Below are positions 39,321 to 48,283 of a stretch of DNA of 64,000 bases, one piece after another. The notes beneath the pieces were generated by a model. It made no database searches, was not told the origin of the DNA, and saw only the letters and a program-made list of their open reading frames with translations. Position numbers and translations under genes: made by a program. Every line of letters begins with the position of its first letter. The stretch's first letter is position 1. Origin of the DNA: Candidatus Bathyarchaeum tardum (GTDB lineage: Archaea; Thermoproteota; Bathyarchaeia; Bathyarchaeales; Bathyarchaeaceae); contig CP122380.1 in the NCBI GenBank assembly GCA_024650005.2, forward strand, positions 1,856,001 to 1,920,000, written 5' to 3'.

Positions 39321-39884
39321 ATGGACAAAACCATTTTGCTGCTGATGGTATCGGACGTTTTCTTGTTAACTGGTTTTGGATTAATGCAACCAATTTTATC
39401 GATTTTCATTAAAGACAATCTGGTTGACGGAACAGTTTTCGCAGCAGGTATTGCAGTCATGCTGTTTATGTTAACCAAGAGTTTAGTACAATTACCCCTT
39501 TCAAAAATTGTTGATAAACGCAAACGAGGCTTTAGAATCAAACTTGTGATAGCTGGAACCTTTGTGGTTTCATTAGTTCCGTTTATTTACATTTTTGCGA
39601 CCCAAGTAATTTACATTTATTTAGCCCAAATAATCTACGGCCTAGGAAGCGGATTAGCATTTCCATCTTGGATGGGACTTTGGAGCAAAAACTCTGCAAT
39701 TTACCGAAAAAGTTACGACTGGAGCATATACTCCACAGCAACAGGAATCGGAACCGCAATCGCCGCAGTGGTCGGTGCCACCATAGCAGAACTATTAGGA
39801 TTTTCTTACACATTCATACTCGTCGGAGTGCTAGCCATATTCGCATGTTTTTCTTTATTAGGACTCGAACTAAAAACACCTTAA
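39321..39884 (+). CDS. Half-size MFS-like transporter (about 6 TM segments)
   Basis: P.S..VDK motif-A-like sequence; hydrophobic pattern; 187 aa. Confidence 0.7.
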   Translation: MDKTILLLMVSDVFLLTGFGLMQPILSIFIKDNLVDGTVFAAGIAVMLFMLTKSLVQLPLSKIVDKRKRGFRIKLVIAGTFVVSLVPFIYIFATQVIYIYLAQIIYGLGSGLAFPSWMGLWSKNSAIYRKSYDWSIYSTATGIGTAIAAVVGATIAELLGFSYTFILVGVLAIFACFSLLGLELKTP

Positions 39885-40039
39885 TCAAATATTCAAAGAT
39901 TATGAACTCAATTGAAAAATGTCTAGAAGTAGTTGTTTATTGCTGTACGCACGTTACAACTACTACTTCTCGGAATCAAATGCAAAAAATACCGATTGCC
40001 CCTCAGCTTTAACCCAAAAAAAAGTTTATTTCGCTCTTT

Positions 40040-40366
40040 TTGGGAGTAATATTTAGTGATTTTATGTCCAAAAACCCAGTTGATTCATATCGAGAATTTG
40101 ACCCAGAAATCATCAGAACCTATGAGAATATACAAGGTTTAGCATTTTCTGAAGGAAAACTGTCCCAGAAAATTAAGATATTAATAGCAATGGCCATAGA
40201 CGCAGAAAACGGAGCAACACAAGGCGCCATTGTCCTAGGCCAAAAAGCAATCAAGCTAGGAGCCACAAAACAAGAAATAATCGAAACCCTACGAATAGCC
40301 TACCTCATCGGAGGAACCAAAGCACTCTTCACCAACGCAACAGTACTACAAACGCTCTTAAAATAA
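40040..40366 (+). CDS. Carboxymuconolactone decarboxylase/AhpD-like protein
   Basis: G.L..K.K.LIA.A, A...GAT.QEI.E. Confidence 0.8.
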   Translation: MGVIFSDFMSKNPVDSYREFDPEIIRTYENIQGLAFSEGKLSQKIKILIAMAIDAENGATQGAIVLGQKAIKLGATKQEIIETLRIAYLIGGTKALFTNATVLQTLLK

Positions 40367-40413
40367 CAAATACAAGAAGAAATTACAAACTATTTTGTAA
40401 AAAAATTAGTTGA

Positions 40414-40436
40414 TGGTGAAATCGCGGGATTTGAAC
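40414..40436 (-). repeat. Degenerate copy of the tRNA-Pro 3' end (att-like remnant 1)
   Basis: tggtgaaatcgcgggatttgaac versus tRNA tggtggggtcgcggggatttgaac. Confidence 0.7.
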
Positions 40437-40572
40437 AGGGATTAATTGTTTTTGTTTTTTGAGCGACAATCCTATGTAATGAAGTTATTTCGGAATTCTG
40501 TTAGGGGTATCACAGCTATGTCAGGTTTTTTTTAGCAGGCCCCAATTAGTCGACAGTTAACTTTTTTGGATC

Positions 40573-40830
40573 TCAAATTTGACCAGTTTCATAAGTGGGC
40601 GTGAAGATTTCTCGGTCCACAATTCTTTTAATAAATCGCTGGGGGCTCATAACGTGTCGTTCTGCTACGTCTACTGAAGCATTTTGCGCTCCTCTTAGGT
40701 CAACTGCAACCATTTTGACGTTTGCATCTTTTTTGTCATAAACGAATTTTGTTCCAGCCTTTGGTTTTATCTTGATCAGCTTTTGATATTCAACAAGGTT
40801 TTTGTGGCTGGCTTCTGCAAAAACCCACAA
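40573..40830 (-). CDS. Hypothetical protein or gene fragment inside an integrated element
   Basis: 85-aa ORF between att remnants; start uncertain. Confidence 0.35.
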   Translation of the reverse strand: MWVFAEASHKNLVEYQKLIKIKPKAGTKFVYDKKDANVKMVAVDLRGAQNASVDVAERHVMSPQRFIKRIVDREIFTPTYETGQI

Positions 40831-41029
40831 TCATCTGGACCAACTTACTTTCAGAGAGGGCTTAAATGTTGTTGTTGGGGGGTAGGGGGGGTCAACAACA
40901 ACAAATGACATACCCGTAGGCTGTCCATGTGAAAATTTTTTGAGTCTTGCCAAAATAATACTGGCTCTTGATGAACTTGTCCTAGGAATCGCTTAGGTTT
41001 TAAAGTCTTCATTCAATGATTTGTGGAAT

Positions 41030-41170
41030 TAATACATACAAGAGTTTGTTTGCTGATTACGCGAATTGACAAGAAACCCGAAAGGAGCTTGTGAGATGTT
41101 AGAAACAAGATTTCAAGGCACAATTGGAGAATATTATGATGGTGAAAAGATTTTAAGTAAACCAAAATAA
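41030..41170 (+). pseudogene. Tyrosine integrase C-terminal remnant
   Basis: 41087-41170 reads ACEMLETRFQGTIGEYYDGEKILSKPK*, aligning with ACELVKSGFQYVTGEYIDGGKIFRKPK* of 47019-47408. Confidence 0.75.
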
Positions 41171-41212
41171 TATCTCGTCATTTTTTCCTCAAAATGTCCG
41201 GAGGATTACTGG

Positions 41213-41231
41213 GGGGTCGCGGGGATTTGAA
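41213..41231 (-). repeat. Exact 19-bp copy of the tRNA-Pro 3' end (att-like remnant 2)
   Basis: ggggtcgcggggatttgaa identical to 47430-47448. Confidence 0.85.
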
Positions 41232-41591
41232 AAGGCAGGTGTTGGTATTAACCGCAGAAAATCTCATAATTCCACTTTTTTAGGAGTGAAAGTGGAATAC
41301 ACAACTACTTGATTTTTTGCATACACAGAAAATTGGGTGTTAATATTTCAGGGATTTGGTGAAAGATAGTAAAAACCATTAAGCAATTAGAAGGTGATTA
41401 TGTAAGGTTATTTGCTTCTTGAATGTAATTGAGGGAATATATGGAAAGTATTAGCGAACAGGTTAAAATTGATGGAAATAAAATCGCCCATGTAGTAACG
41501 CGCGCGCTAAAGTTATTTTATATGTCATCGCATATCTGTGGTAAGTAATATAAACGGAAATGTATAGAAATCAATATTATCAAATTGAGAG

Positions 41592-44500
41592 ATGACCATG
41601 CCCGTACGTGATGATATTAAAAAAGTTATGATTATCGGTTCCGGACCAATTGTTATTGGGCAAGCTTGTGAGTTCGATTATTCTGGCACTCAAGCATGTA
41701 AAGCCTTGAAATCTTTAGGTTACCAGATTGTGTTAGTTAACTCAAATCCGGCAACAATTATGACTGACCCCGACATGGCAGATGCCACGTATATTGAGCC
41801 CCTTAATCTTGAGACAATGATTAAAATCATCAAGAAAGAACGACCGGATGCCCTACTACCAAATTTAGGTGGACAAACCGGACTTAACCTCAGTTCAAGT
41901 CTGTCACGTTGTGGAGTCCTAGAAAAATATGATATAAAGGTAATCGGCGTAGACCCGGAAGCTATACGTCGCGGCGAAGACCGTTTGGCTTTCAAAGAAA
42001 CAATGAAAGAACTGGGTATCGCTACTCCTCGGAGTAAAATTGCTTACAGCGTTAAGGATGCCGAATTAGTTGCTACCGAGCTTGGCTATCCAGTCATTGT
42101 CCGACCAGCCTTTACGATGGGGGGTACCGGCGGAGGTCTGGTATACAATGTCGAAGAGTTAAGGATAATTGCAAGCCGCGGTATCGCTGCCAGTATGGTT
42201 GGTCAGGTGTTAATTGAAGAATCGGTAGAAGGCTGGGAGGAACTAGAACTAGAAATCATCCGAGATGCAAAAAACCAGATTATTACCGTTTGTTTTATTG
42301 AAAATGTAGATGCCATGGGCGTTCACACTGGCGATTCTTTCTGTACTGCCCCCATGCTTACGATTAGTGAATCCCTTCAAAAACGCCTACAGGAGTATTC
42401 TTACAAGGTAGTAGAAAAGCTAGGAATTATCGGCGGTACAAATATACAATTTGCACACAACCCCAAAACAGGAAGGATAGTAATAATTGAAATCAATCCG
42501 CGCACTTCACGTTCTTCTGCATTGGCTTCGAAAGCCACCGGTTTCCCCATTGCCTTAATCTCAGCTAAATTAGCCGCCGGCGTGACTCTAGACGAGTTAC
42601 CATACTGGCGAGAAGGTACTCTGGAAAAATATACTCCTTCCGGAGATTACGTAGTGGTTAAGTTTCCCCGTTGGGCTTTTGAGAAATTCCGTGACGCAGA
42701 GGACCGGCTTGGTACCCAAATGCGCGCTGTCGGGGAGGTTATGAGTATCGGTAAAAATTATAAAGAAGCTTTCCAGAAGGCTATCAGGTCCTTAGAGATA
42801 GGACGGTCCGGGCTGGGATTTGCTAACGACTTCAATGAAAAATCACTTGAAGAATTAATGAAAATGCTTAGCTACGCTACCAGCGAAAGGCAATTTATTA
42901 TGTATGAAGCTCTGCGTAAAGGTGCAGATGTTCAGGAGCTTTATCGGAAAACTTTTATTAAGCCTTGGTTCATCCAGCAAATGAAAGAACTAGTAGAACA
43001 AGAAGAGAAAATCATTAGTTATAAAGGCAAAAAACTACCAAGTGATTTACTTATTCAGGCAAAGAAAGATGGATTTGCTGATAAATATATAGCCAAATTA
43101 CTAGCCGTAGATGAGGCGGAGGTACGCAAACAACGTGTTGAGTTAGGACTCTTGGAAGCATGGGACTTTGTTCCAGTCAGCGGCACAGAAAATGCTAGGT
43201 ATTACTATTCGACGTATAATGCACCGGATAATAACATAGTTAGCCAGCGACCGAAGGTGATGGTTTTAGGTGGAGGGCCTAACCGTATTGGTCAGGGTAT
43301 CGAATTTGATTACTGCTGTGTCCACGCCGCTTTTGCTCTGCGCGATATGGGTTACGAGACTATCATGGTAAACTGCAATCCTGAGACGGTGTCTACTGAC
43401 TACGATACTTCAGATAAACTGTATTTTGAGCCGCTGACCGTTGAGGACGTCTTGAGTATTTACCAAAAAGAAAAACCCATTGGAGTCATCGTCCAATTTG
43501 GCGGACAAACTCCACTCAATATTGCCGATGAACTGGAGAAATTTGGTGTGAAAATTCTGGGTACATCGGTTAACTCGATTGATATCGCCTCTGATCGCGG
43601 TCGTTTCAGTCAAATGATGCAAAAATACGGCATTCGAATGCCAGAGTCAGGTACCGCCATGAATCTTAAAGAGGCATTGGTTGTGGCGAAACGTATAGGC
43701 TACCCGCTTATCTTACGGCCTTCTTATGTGCTCGGTGGTCGCGGCATGGAAATAGTGCACGATGAAGATGAGTTGAAATTATATGTGGCGGCAGCTGTCG
43801 ACGTCACGCCAGACCGTAAAATCCTCATCGACCGCTTCCTAGAGAACGCTATCGAGGTCGAAGCTGATGCCATATCTGATGGAAGTGACGTCTTCATTCC
43901 GGAAATCATGGAACATATCGAATATGCAGGGGTTCATTCTGGAGATGCAGCTTGTGCAATTCCATCGGTCAGTATAAGTAGAAAGCATATAAACACTATT
44001 GAAGAATATACGCGACGTATCGCTAGCGAGCTTCAAGTAACTGGCGTAATTAACATCCAATATGCTATCTGTAAGGATATGGTCTATGTTCTTGAGGCAA
44101 ACCCACGTGCCTCCAGAACCGTTCCGTTGGTATCCAAAGTGTGCAACATACCTATGGCAAGTTTAGCCACACTCTTGATGATGGGAAAGAAAATAAAAGA
44201 TTTGAACCTGCAAAAGCGTTTAATTTCACATATTGGAGTTAAAGAAGCCGTATTTCCTTTCAATATGTTTCCGGAAGTCGACCCTGTTCTTGGACCAGAA
44301 ATGAAATCTACAGGTGAAGTGCTCGGTATCGCTAAATCATTCGGGTTGGCTTATTGGAAAGCTCAAGAGGCAGTAAATCCGTTGCCAACCACAGGAACAG
44401 TATTGATAACGATCGCTGAGCGTCATCGTTCCGCTTTAGTCAAAGATGTAGCCAAACAATTCATTAAAGCGGGCTTTAAATTAAAGGCTACTAAAGGTAC

Positions 44501-44801
44501 ACAAGCTTTTTTGGCTAGCTATGGTATCGTTTCTGAATCTATACTCAAGGAACATGAAGGACGACCTAATATCACTGATGCTATTAAAAATAAAGAGATA
44601 CAACTGGTGATAAATACTCCTTCAGGTAAACTGAGCGAGCATGATGATTCGTATATACGTAAAGCGGCAATTAAATATAAAGTGCCATACATCACGACAT
44701 TGACAGCTGCTATCGCCGCAGCTAAGGGCATTACCGCTTATTGTTTGGGAAAATCAGTTGTTAAATCTATTCAGCAATACCATGCCGCGTCCATACAGTA
44801 A
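41592..44801 (+). CDS. carB: Carbamoyl-phosphate synthase large subunit
   Basis: GSGPIVIGQACEFDYSG, two ATP-grasp halves, NRIGQGIEFDY, MKSTGEV, MGS domain. Confidence 0.97.
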   Translation: MTMPVRDDIKKVMIIGSGPIVIGQACEFDYSGTQACKALKSLGYQIVLVNSNPATIMTDPDMADATYIEPLNLETMIKIIKKERPDALLPNLGGQTGLNLSSSLSRCGVLEKYDIKVIGVDPEAIRRGEDRLAFKETMKELGIATPRSKIAYSVKDAELVATELGYPVIVRPAFTMGGTGGGLVYNVEELRIIASRGIAASMVGQVLIEESVEGWEELELEIIRDAKNQIITVCFIENVDAMGVHTGDSFCTAPMLTISESLQKRLQEYSYKVVEKLGIIGGTNIQFAHNPKTGRIVIIEINPRTSRSSALASKATGFPIALISAKLAAGVTLDELPYWREGTLEKYTPSGDYVVVKFPRWAFEKFRDAEDRLGTQMRAVGEVMSIGKNYKEAFQKAIRSLEIGRSGLGFANDFNEKSLEELMKMLSYATSERQFIMYEALRKGADVQELYRKTFIKPWFIQQMKELVEQEEKIISYKGKKLPSDLLIQAKKDGFADKYIAKLLAVDEAEVRKQRVELGLLEAWDFVPVSGTENARYYYSTYNAPDNNIVSQRPKVMVLGGGPNRIGQGIEFDYCCVHAAFALRDMGYETIMVNCNPETVSTDYDTSDKLYFEPLTVEDVLSIYQKEKPIGVIVQFGGQTPLNIADELEKFGVKILGTSVNSIDIASDRGRFSQMMQKYGIRMPESGTAMNLKEALVVAKRIGYPLILRPSYVLGGRGMEIVHDEDELKLYVAAAVDVTPDRKILIDRFLENAIEVEADAISDGSDVFIPEIMEHIEYAGVHSGDAACAIPSVSISRKHINTIEEYTRRIASELQVTGVINIQYAICKDMVYVLEANPRASRTVPLVSKVCNIPMASLATLLMMGKKIKDLNLQKRLISHIGVKEAVFPFNMFPEVDPVLGPEMKSTGEVLGIAKSFGLAYWKAQEAVNPLPTTGTVLITIAERHRSALVKDVAKQFIKAGFKLKATKGTQAFLASYGIVSESILKEHEGRPNITDAIKNKEIQLVINTPSGKLSEHDDSYIRKAAIKYKVPYITTLTAAIAAAKGITAYCLGKSVVKSIQQYHAASIQ

Positions 44802-44954
44802 GTGTTTTACTAGTAATCAGAAACGTGTTCAATTACGGATAATATCTACCAGTTTCAGAAAAGCCAAGAAGCAAAACCAATAAATCCTTAATTTCATCTT
44901 TTTTATGAAAATAACTCTTAATTAATCCCTATTTGTTAAAATACGCATTTTAGA

Positions 44955-44979
44955 GGGAGTCGTGGCGATTTGCACAGGG
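44955..44979 (-). repeat. Highly degenerate copy of the tRNA-Pro 3' end (att-like remnant 3)
   Basis: gggagtcgtggcgatttgcacaggg versus ggggtcgcggggatttgaac; shares the acaggg tail with remnant 1. Confidence 0.5.
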
Positions 44980-45241
44980 TCAAATGGGGATATCACCACT
45001 TGTTTTCTTGCAGAAAAACTCCCCTTTTTGTTTCATTTTTAGATTTCGAAAAAATGAACAGTATGAAGCTGGAGAAATAGACGTTTTGCCTATCAACGCT
45101 CAAATTGTGGTCATAAGAGTGAACAGAAACCAGTAGAGGTTAGATTGGCTTGAAAGATTATTAGCGTGACGTTCTTTGCAAAACAATATTGGTAATACTT
45201 GAGAAAAGCAATGTGCATCATGCTGCCTTAGAAAAAAGTTA

Positions 45242-45439
45242 ATGCTTCAGCGTGCCCGTTTGTCACCACTAATGCCTTCAAATCCCAACTTCAGGGCTCC
45301 TGAAACATACACGATTACAGTCAGCGACGTGGACGGTTATGACTTTGATTATTTCACATATAATGGCATGACTTTAGGTCGACCTGCAACAATACAACTC
45401 ACTGAAGATGGCGTATTTACAGCACATTATAGTCCGTAA
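45242..45439 (+). pseudogene. Probable C-terminal fragment of a surface beta-sandwich repeat protein
   Basis: TYTITV....GY.FDYF...TAHY* pattern with no plausible N-terminus. Confidence 0.35.
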
Positions 45440-45632
45440 TCCACCAGTGCACTCAAACAGAACTTAAATTCCCTTTTCTTTTTTGCTATAAACCGAATGT
45501 GTTGTTAGTTTTGTTTCCATCACACGTGGTTTTCTGTCAAAACAATATTTCCAAGAATAATTAAATTGGTCAAGAAAGTTTGACAAAAAACCTCTTATTT
45601 GAAACTTTCAAAACTTAATTAGGAGAAAAACT

Positions 45633-46754
45633 ATGCTATCTAAAAAATTATTTTTAATAGCTGTAATTATTTTAGTTTGGATTAGTTTTCCTTCTGTTGG
45701 CGCTTCATCTAATGTTTGGAGACAATTTTACGAAACTGACCAAAATCAGAGTGTTTATTCAATGATTGCCACAATGGATGGGGGATACGCACTAGCTGGA
45801 GGATATGGCAATATTAATGATTTTTGGCTAGTCAAAATTGATCAGGGCGGAAACATTCAATGGAACAGAACATATGGGGGAGAAAAAAAGGATTACGCAA
45901 CAGGCATAGTTGAAACTGGCGATGGAGGATACGCACTAGCTGGTTCCACACAATCTTTTGGTCAAGGTGAGGAAGATTTTTGGTTGGTAAAAACTGACGC
46001 TGATGGAAACATGCAATGGAACAGGACATATGGAGGACCAAATTCGGAAGAAGTTTACTCTATTGTTAAAGTTTCAGATGGAGGATATGCCTTGGCAGGT
46101 GATGGATTGTTTGTGAAAACTGATGTTTATGGAAACATGGAATGGAACAAAACAATAATCGGAGATAAAGTTCGAGCAATGATCCAATCCTCTGATGGAG
46201 GATATATCCTGGCTGGGCGCCTCTGGTTAATGAAAATAGATTCCGCAGGATTGATGGAGTGGAAGAAGACCTATGAGGAAACAGGAATAGTCTATTTCAG
46301 TCATGGACTAATTGAGACTCCTGATGGAGGTTATGCAAAAATTGGGGCGGGATTACTGATAAAAACCGATGAATATGGCAATATGGAGTGGAATCAGACA
46401 TACCATGGAAATCTAGCCTTTTCGTTGATTAATACATCTGATGGAGGATATGCTTTTGTTCTTGACAGTCAATTGATTAAAACTGATACACAAGGAAATG
46501 TAGTATGGAGCGAACGATATGAACCCAGATATGAATGGTCAATTCTACACCTATCTTCAGTGATTGAGACCTCTGATGGAGGATACATCATTGCAGGTAA
46601 CCTTTTTGAGTTTTTCACTGGGAAATCAGTGATTTTGTTAGGTAAGACAGATGAATATGGCATTATTCCAGAGTTTCCGTTATGGACTGCTCTTCCATTA
46701 GTTATTGCCGTAGTGCTTGTAACCGTAATCTACAGAAAAAAGTTAACCGATTAA
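45633..46754 (+). CDS. Secreted beta-propeller-like repeat protein with PEF-CTERM signal
   Basis: About seven repeats of (T/S)DGGYALAG...L.KTD..GN..WN.TY; signal peptide; IPEF plus TM plus RKK. Confidence 0.8.
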   Translation: MLSKKLFLIAVIILVWISFPSVGASSNVWRQFYETDQNQSVYSMIATMDGGYALAGGYGNINDFWLVKIDQGGNIQWNRTYGGEKKDYATGIVETGDGGYALAGSTQSFGQGEEDFWLVKTDADGNMQWNRTYGGPNSEEVYSIVKVSDGGYALAGDGLFVKTDVYGNMEWNKTIIGDKVRAMIQSSDGGYILAGRLWLMKIDSAGLMEWKKTYEETGIVYFSHGLIETPDGGYAKIGAGLLIKTDEYGNMEWNQTYHGNLAFSLINTSDGGYAFVLDSQLIKTDTQGNVVWSERYEPRYEWSILHLSSVIETSDGGYIIAGNLFEFFTGKSVILLGKTDEYGIIPEFPLWTALPLVIAVVLVTVIYRKKLTD

Positions 46755-46932
46755 CATTTCTGTTGAAGACAAATACCTTACCTTTTGAAACATAAAGAGC
46801 ATAAACAAATTTTAGAAAATATCATATAATTACTGTGTATTTTCATCATAGATGTTTTTCAAGGGTTTTTTTCGCTAAAACAGCTTAAATCTTCCTTATT
46901 TCAGAGATTAAACTGTAAATTACGCATATTTT

Positions 46933-47408
46933 CTGACTTTGAAAAAAGAACAGTATCTATAACTCCAAAAAAATTAAGCAACCCACGAGTTCTAGCAATC
47001 TCAAACGAATTAATAATTATGCTGAATAGATTGCCTCAAATTTCTGACAATGCATTCAATGGATCACTCAGACATTTCGCACGAAGCTTCAGAAGACAAA
47101 GAAAAAAAATCGCCTACAAACTTCAGAATCAGCGGATAAATAGCATAACATTTCATACCCTACGCCATTGGAAAGCAACAATGGAATACCACAAAACCAA
47201 AGATATACTCCATGTAAAACAAGTCCTTGGACACAAAAGCATCAACTCAACATTGCTCTACACACAACTAGTGAGCTTCAAAGAAACTGATTACCATGTA
47301 AGAGTCGCTTCTAATGTCAATGAAGCTTGTGAGCTAGTGAAGTCAGGATTCCAATATGTGACAGGAGAATACATTGATGGTGGAAAGATTTTCAGAAAAC
47401 CAAAATAA
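46933..47408 (+). pseudogene. 5'-truncated tyrosine recombinase/integrase
   Basis: HTLRHW, LGH and Y catalytic motifs; frame open upstream (DFEKRTVSITPKKLSNPR) but the first catalytic Arg box is missing; ends 17 nt before the tRNA 3' end. Confidence 0.85.
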
Positions 47409-47425
47409 ATGTCCCCTTCCCCACG

Positions 47426-47504
47426 TGGTGGGGTCGCGGGGATTTGAACCCCGGACCTCGCGCGCCCCGGGCGCGAATCTTAGTCCATGCTAGACCACGA
47501 CCCC
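47426..47504 (-). tRNA. tRNA-Pro(GGG) with encoded CCA, no intron
   Basis: GGGGTCG/CGACCCC acceptor stem, GTCT/AGAT D-stem, CGCGC-CCGGGGC-GCGCG anticodon arm, CGGGG-TTCAAAT-CCCCG T-arm, ACCA. Confidence 0.95.
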
Positions 47505-47670
47505 ATTTCGATAGACCAGGACCCTAAGAAGGACCGCTTTTGCTTGCGAAAGAGTTTGCCGCCGTCTTTGTATTCGCCTGTTGTGTACTCGTAGCCGTTC
47601 TCTATTAGTTCAGCTGCTTCTTTAACGTTCCTTGCAATCTTAACGATAAACCTTTCGTCGCCATGACGAG
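47480..47670 (-). pseudogene. Integrase C-terminal remnant whose frame runs into the tRNA 5' end
   Basis: FIVKIARNVKEAAELIENGYEYTTGEYKDGGKLFRKQK aligns with YHVRVASNVNEACELVKSGFQYVTGEYIDGGKIFRKPK. Confidence 0.8.
47512..47524 (-). repeat. Near-perfect tandem copy of the tRNA-Pro 5' end
   Basis: Minus strand GGGTCCTGGTCTA versus tRNA GGGTCGTGGTCTA (12/13). Confidence 0.55.
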
Positions 47671-47844
47671 TTCTACAATGTCGAGTATATGTTTTTGTGT
47701 TTTTGATAATGCTTATGGAGATTATAACCCAAATTTCTTTTTTTTGCTCCACTTCGGTCAACAGACAAAGAAGGTTGATATTCTAGTCAATTTAGACAAG
47801 GTTTTTATAAATAAAAAAGAACTAGTAATCATCAGGGATTTATA

Positions 47845-48111
47845 ATGAGCGTGACTGAGTACGCAATTTGCCCAATATGCAAAAAAGAAGTCTTGTTACC
47901 TTTTTCGATTTGTGCGAATGAATGCAATGAAATCAAGGAAAAGACATATGGAAGTTGGGTGTGCACAAATTGCGGATTTTGTATTTCAACAGGGGATTCC
48001 AAAGCGTCTAATCCTAAACATGACATTACTGCTGTTTTTCTTAATGAATTTGCAATAAAAATCGAAGAATTAAGAAAAGTCTACTATAAAAAAGGAAATA
48101 TTGTGAAATGA
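47845..48111 (+). CDS. Small zinc-ribbon protein
   Basis: CPIC...C...C...W.CTNCG. Confidence 0.6.
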   Translation: MSVTEYAICPICKKEVLLPFSICANECNEIKEKTYGSWVCTNCGFCISTGDSKASNPKHDITAVFLNEFAIKIEELRKVYYKKGNIVK

Positions 48112-48283
48112 ATAACTGGGATAAGTATTTCTGCATCAGATGAAAGAATAATAAAAATTCTGTTTGACACCAGTTAAAGCGAAAAGATTATCAATATGTG
48201 AGTCTTTGTTTTAAAACAAAATTGGAAATGATTTTAAAAACAATGAACGGCAATTGTAAATCAGTTTCTGGTGAATTCATCTT

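Larger units (their letters stand above)
40414..47448. mobile_element. Tandem decayed integrative elements at the 3' end of tRNA-Pro
   Basis: Three att-like copies, two integrase remnants, cargo of carB and a PEF-CTERM protein. Confidence 0.7.

Noticed and set aside
44985-45240. Possible decayed N-terminal zinc ribbon of the 46933-47408 integrase
   Set aside because: Only faint Cys-containing fragments across frames; cannot be supported without TBLASTN
47426-47504. Split or intron-containing tRNA using the distant tRNA fragments
   Set aside because: The gene is complete and contiguous; the fragments are short, degenerate, lack bulge-helix-bulge or complementary leaders, and sit beside integrase remnants
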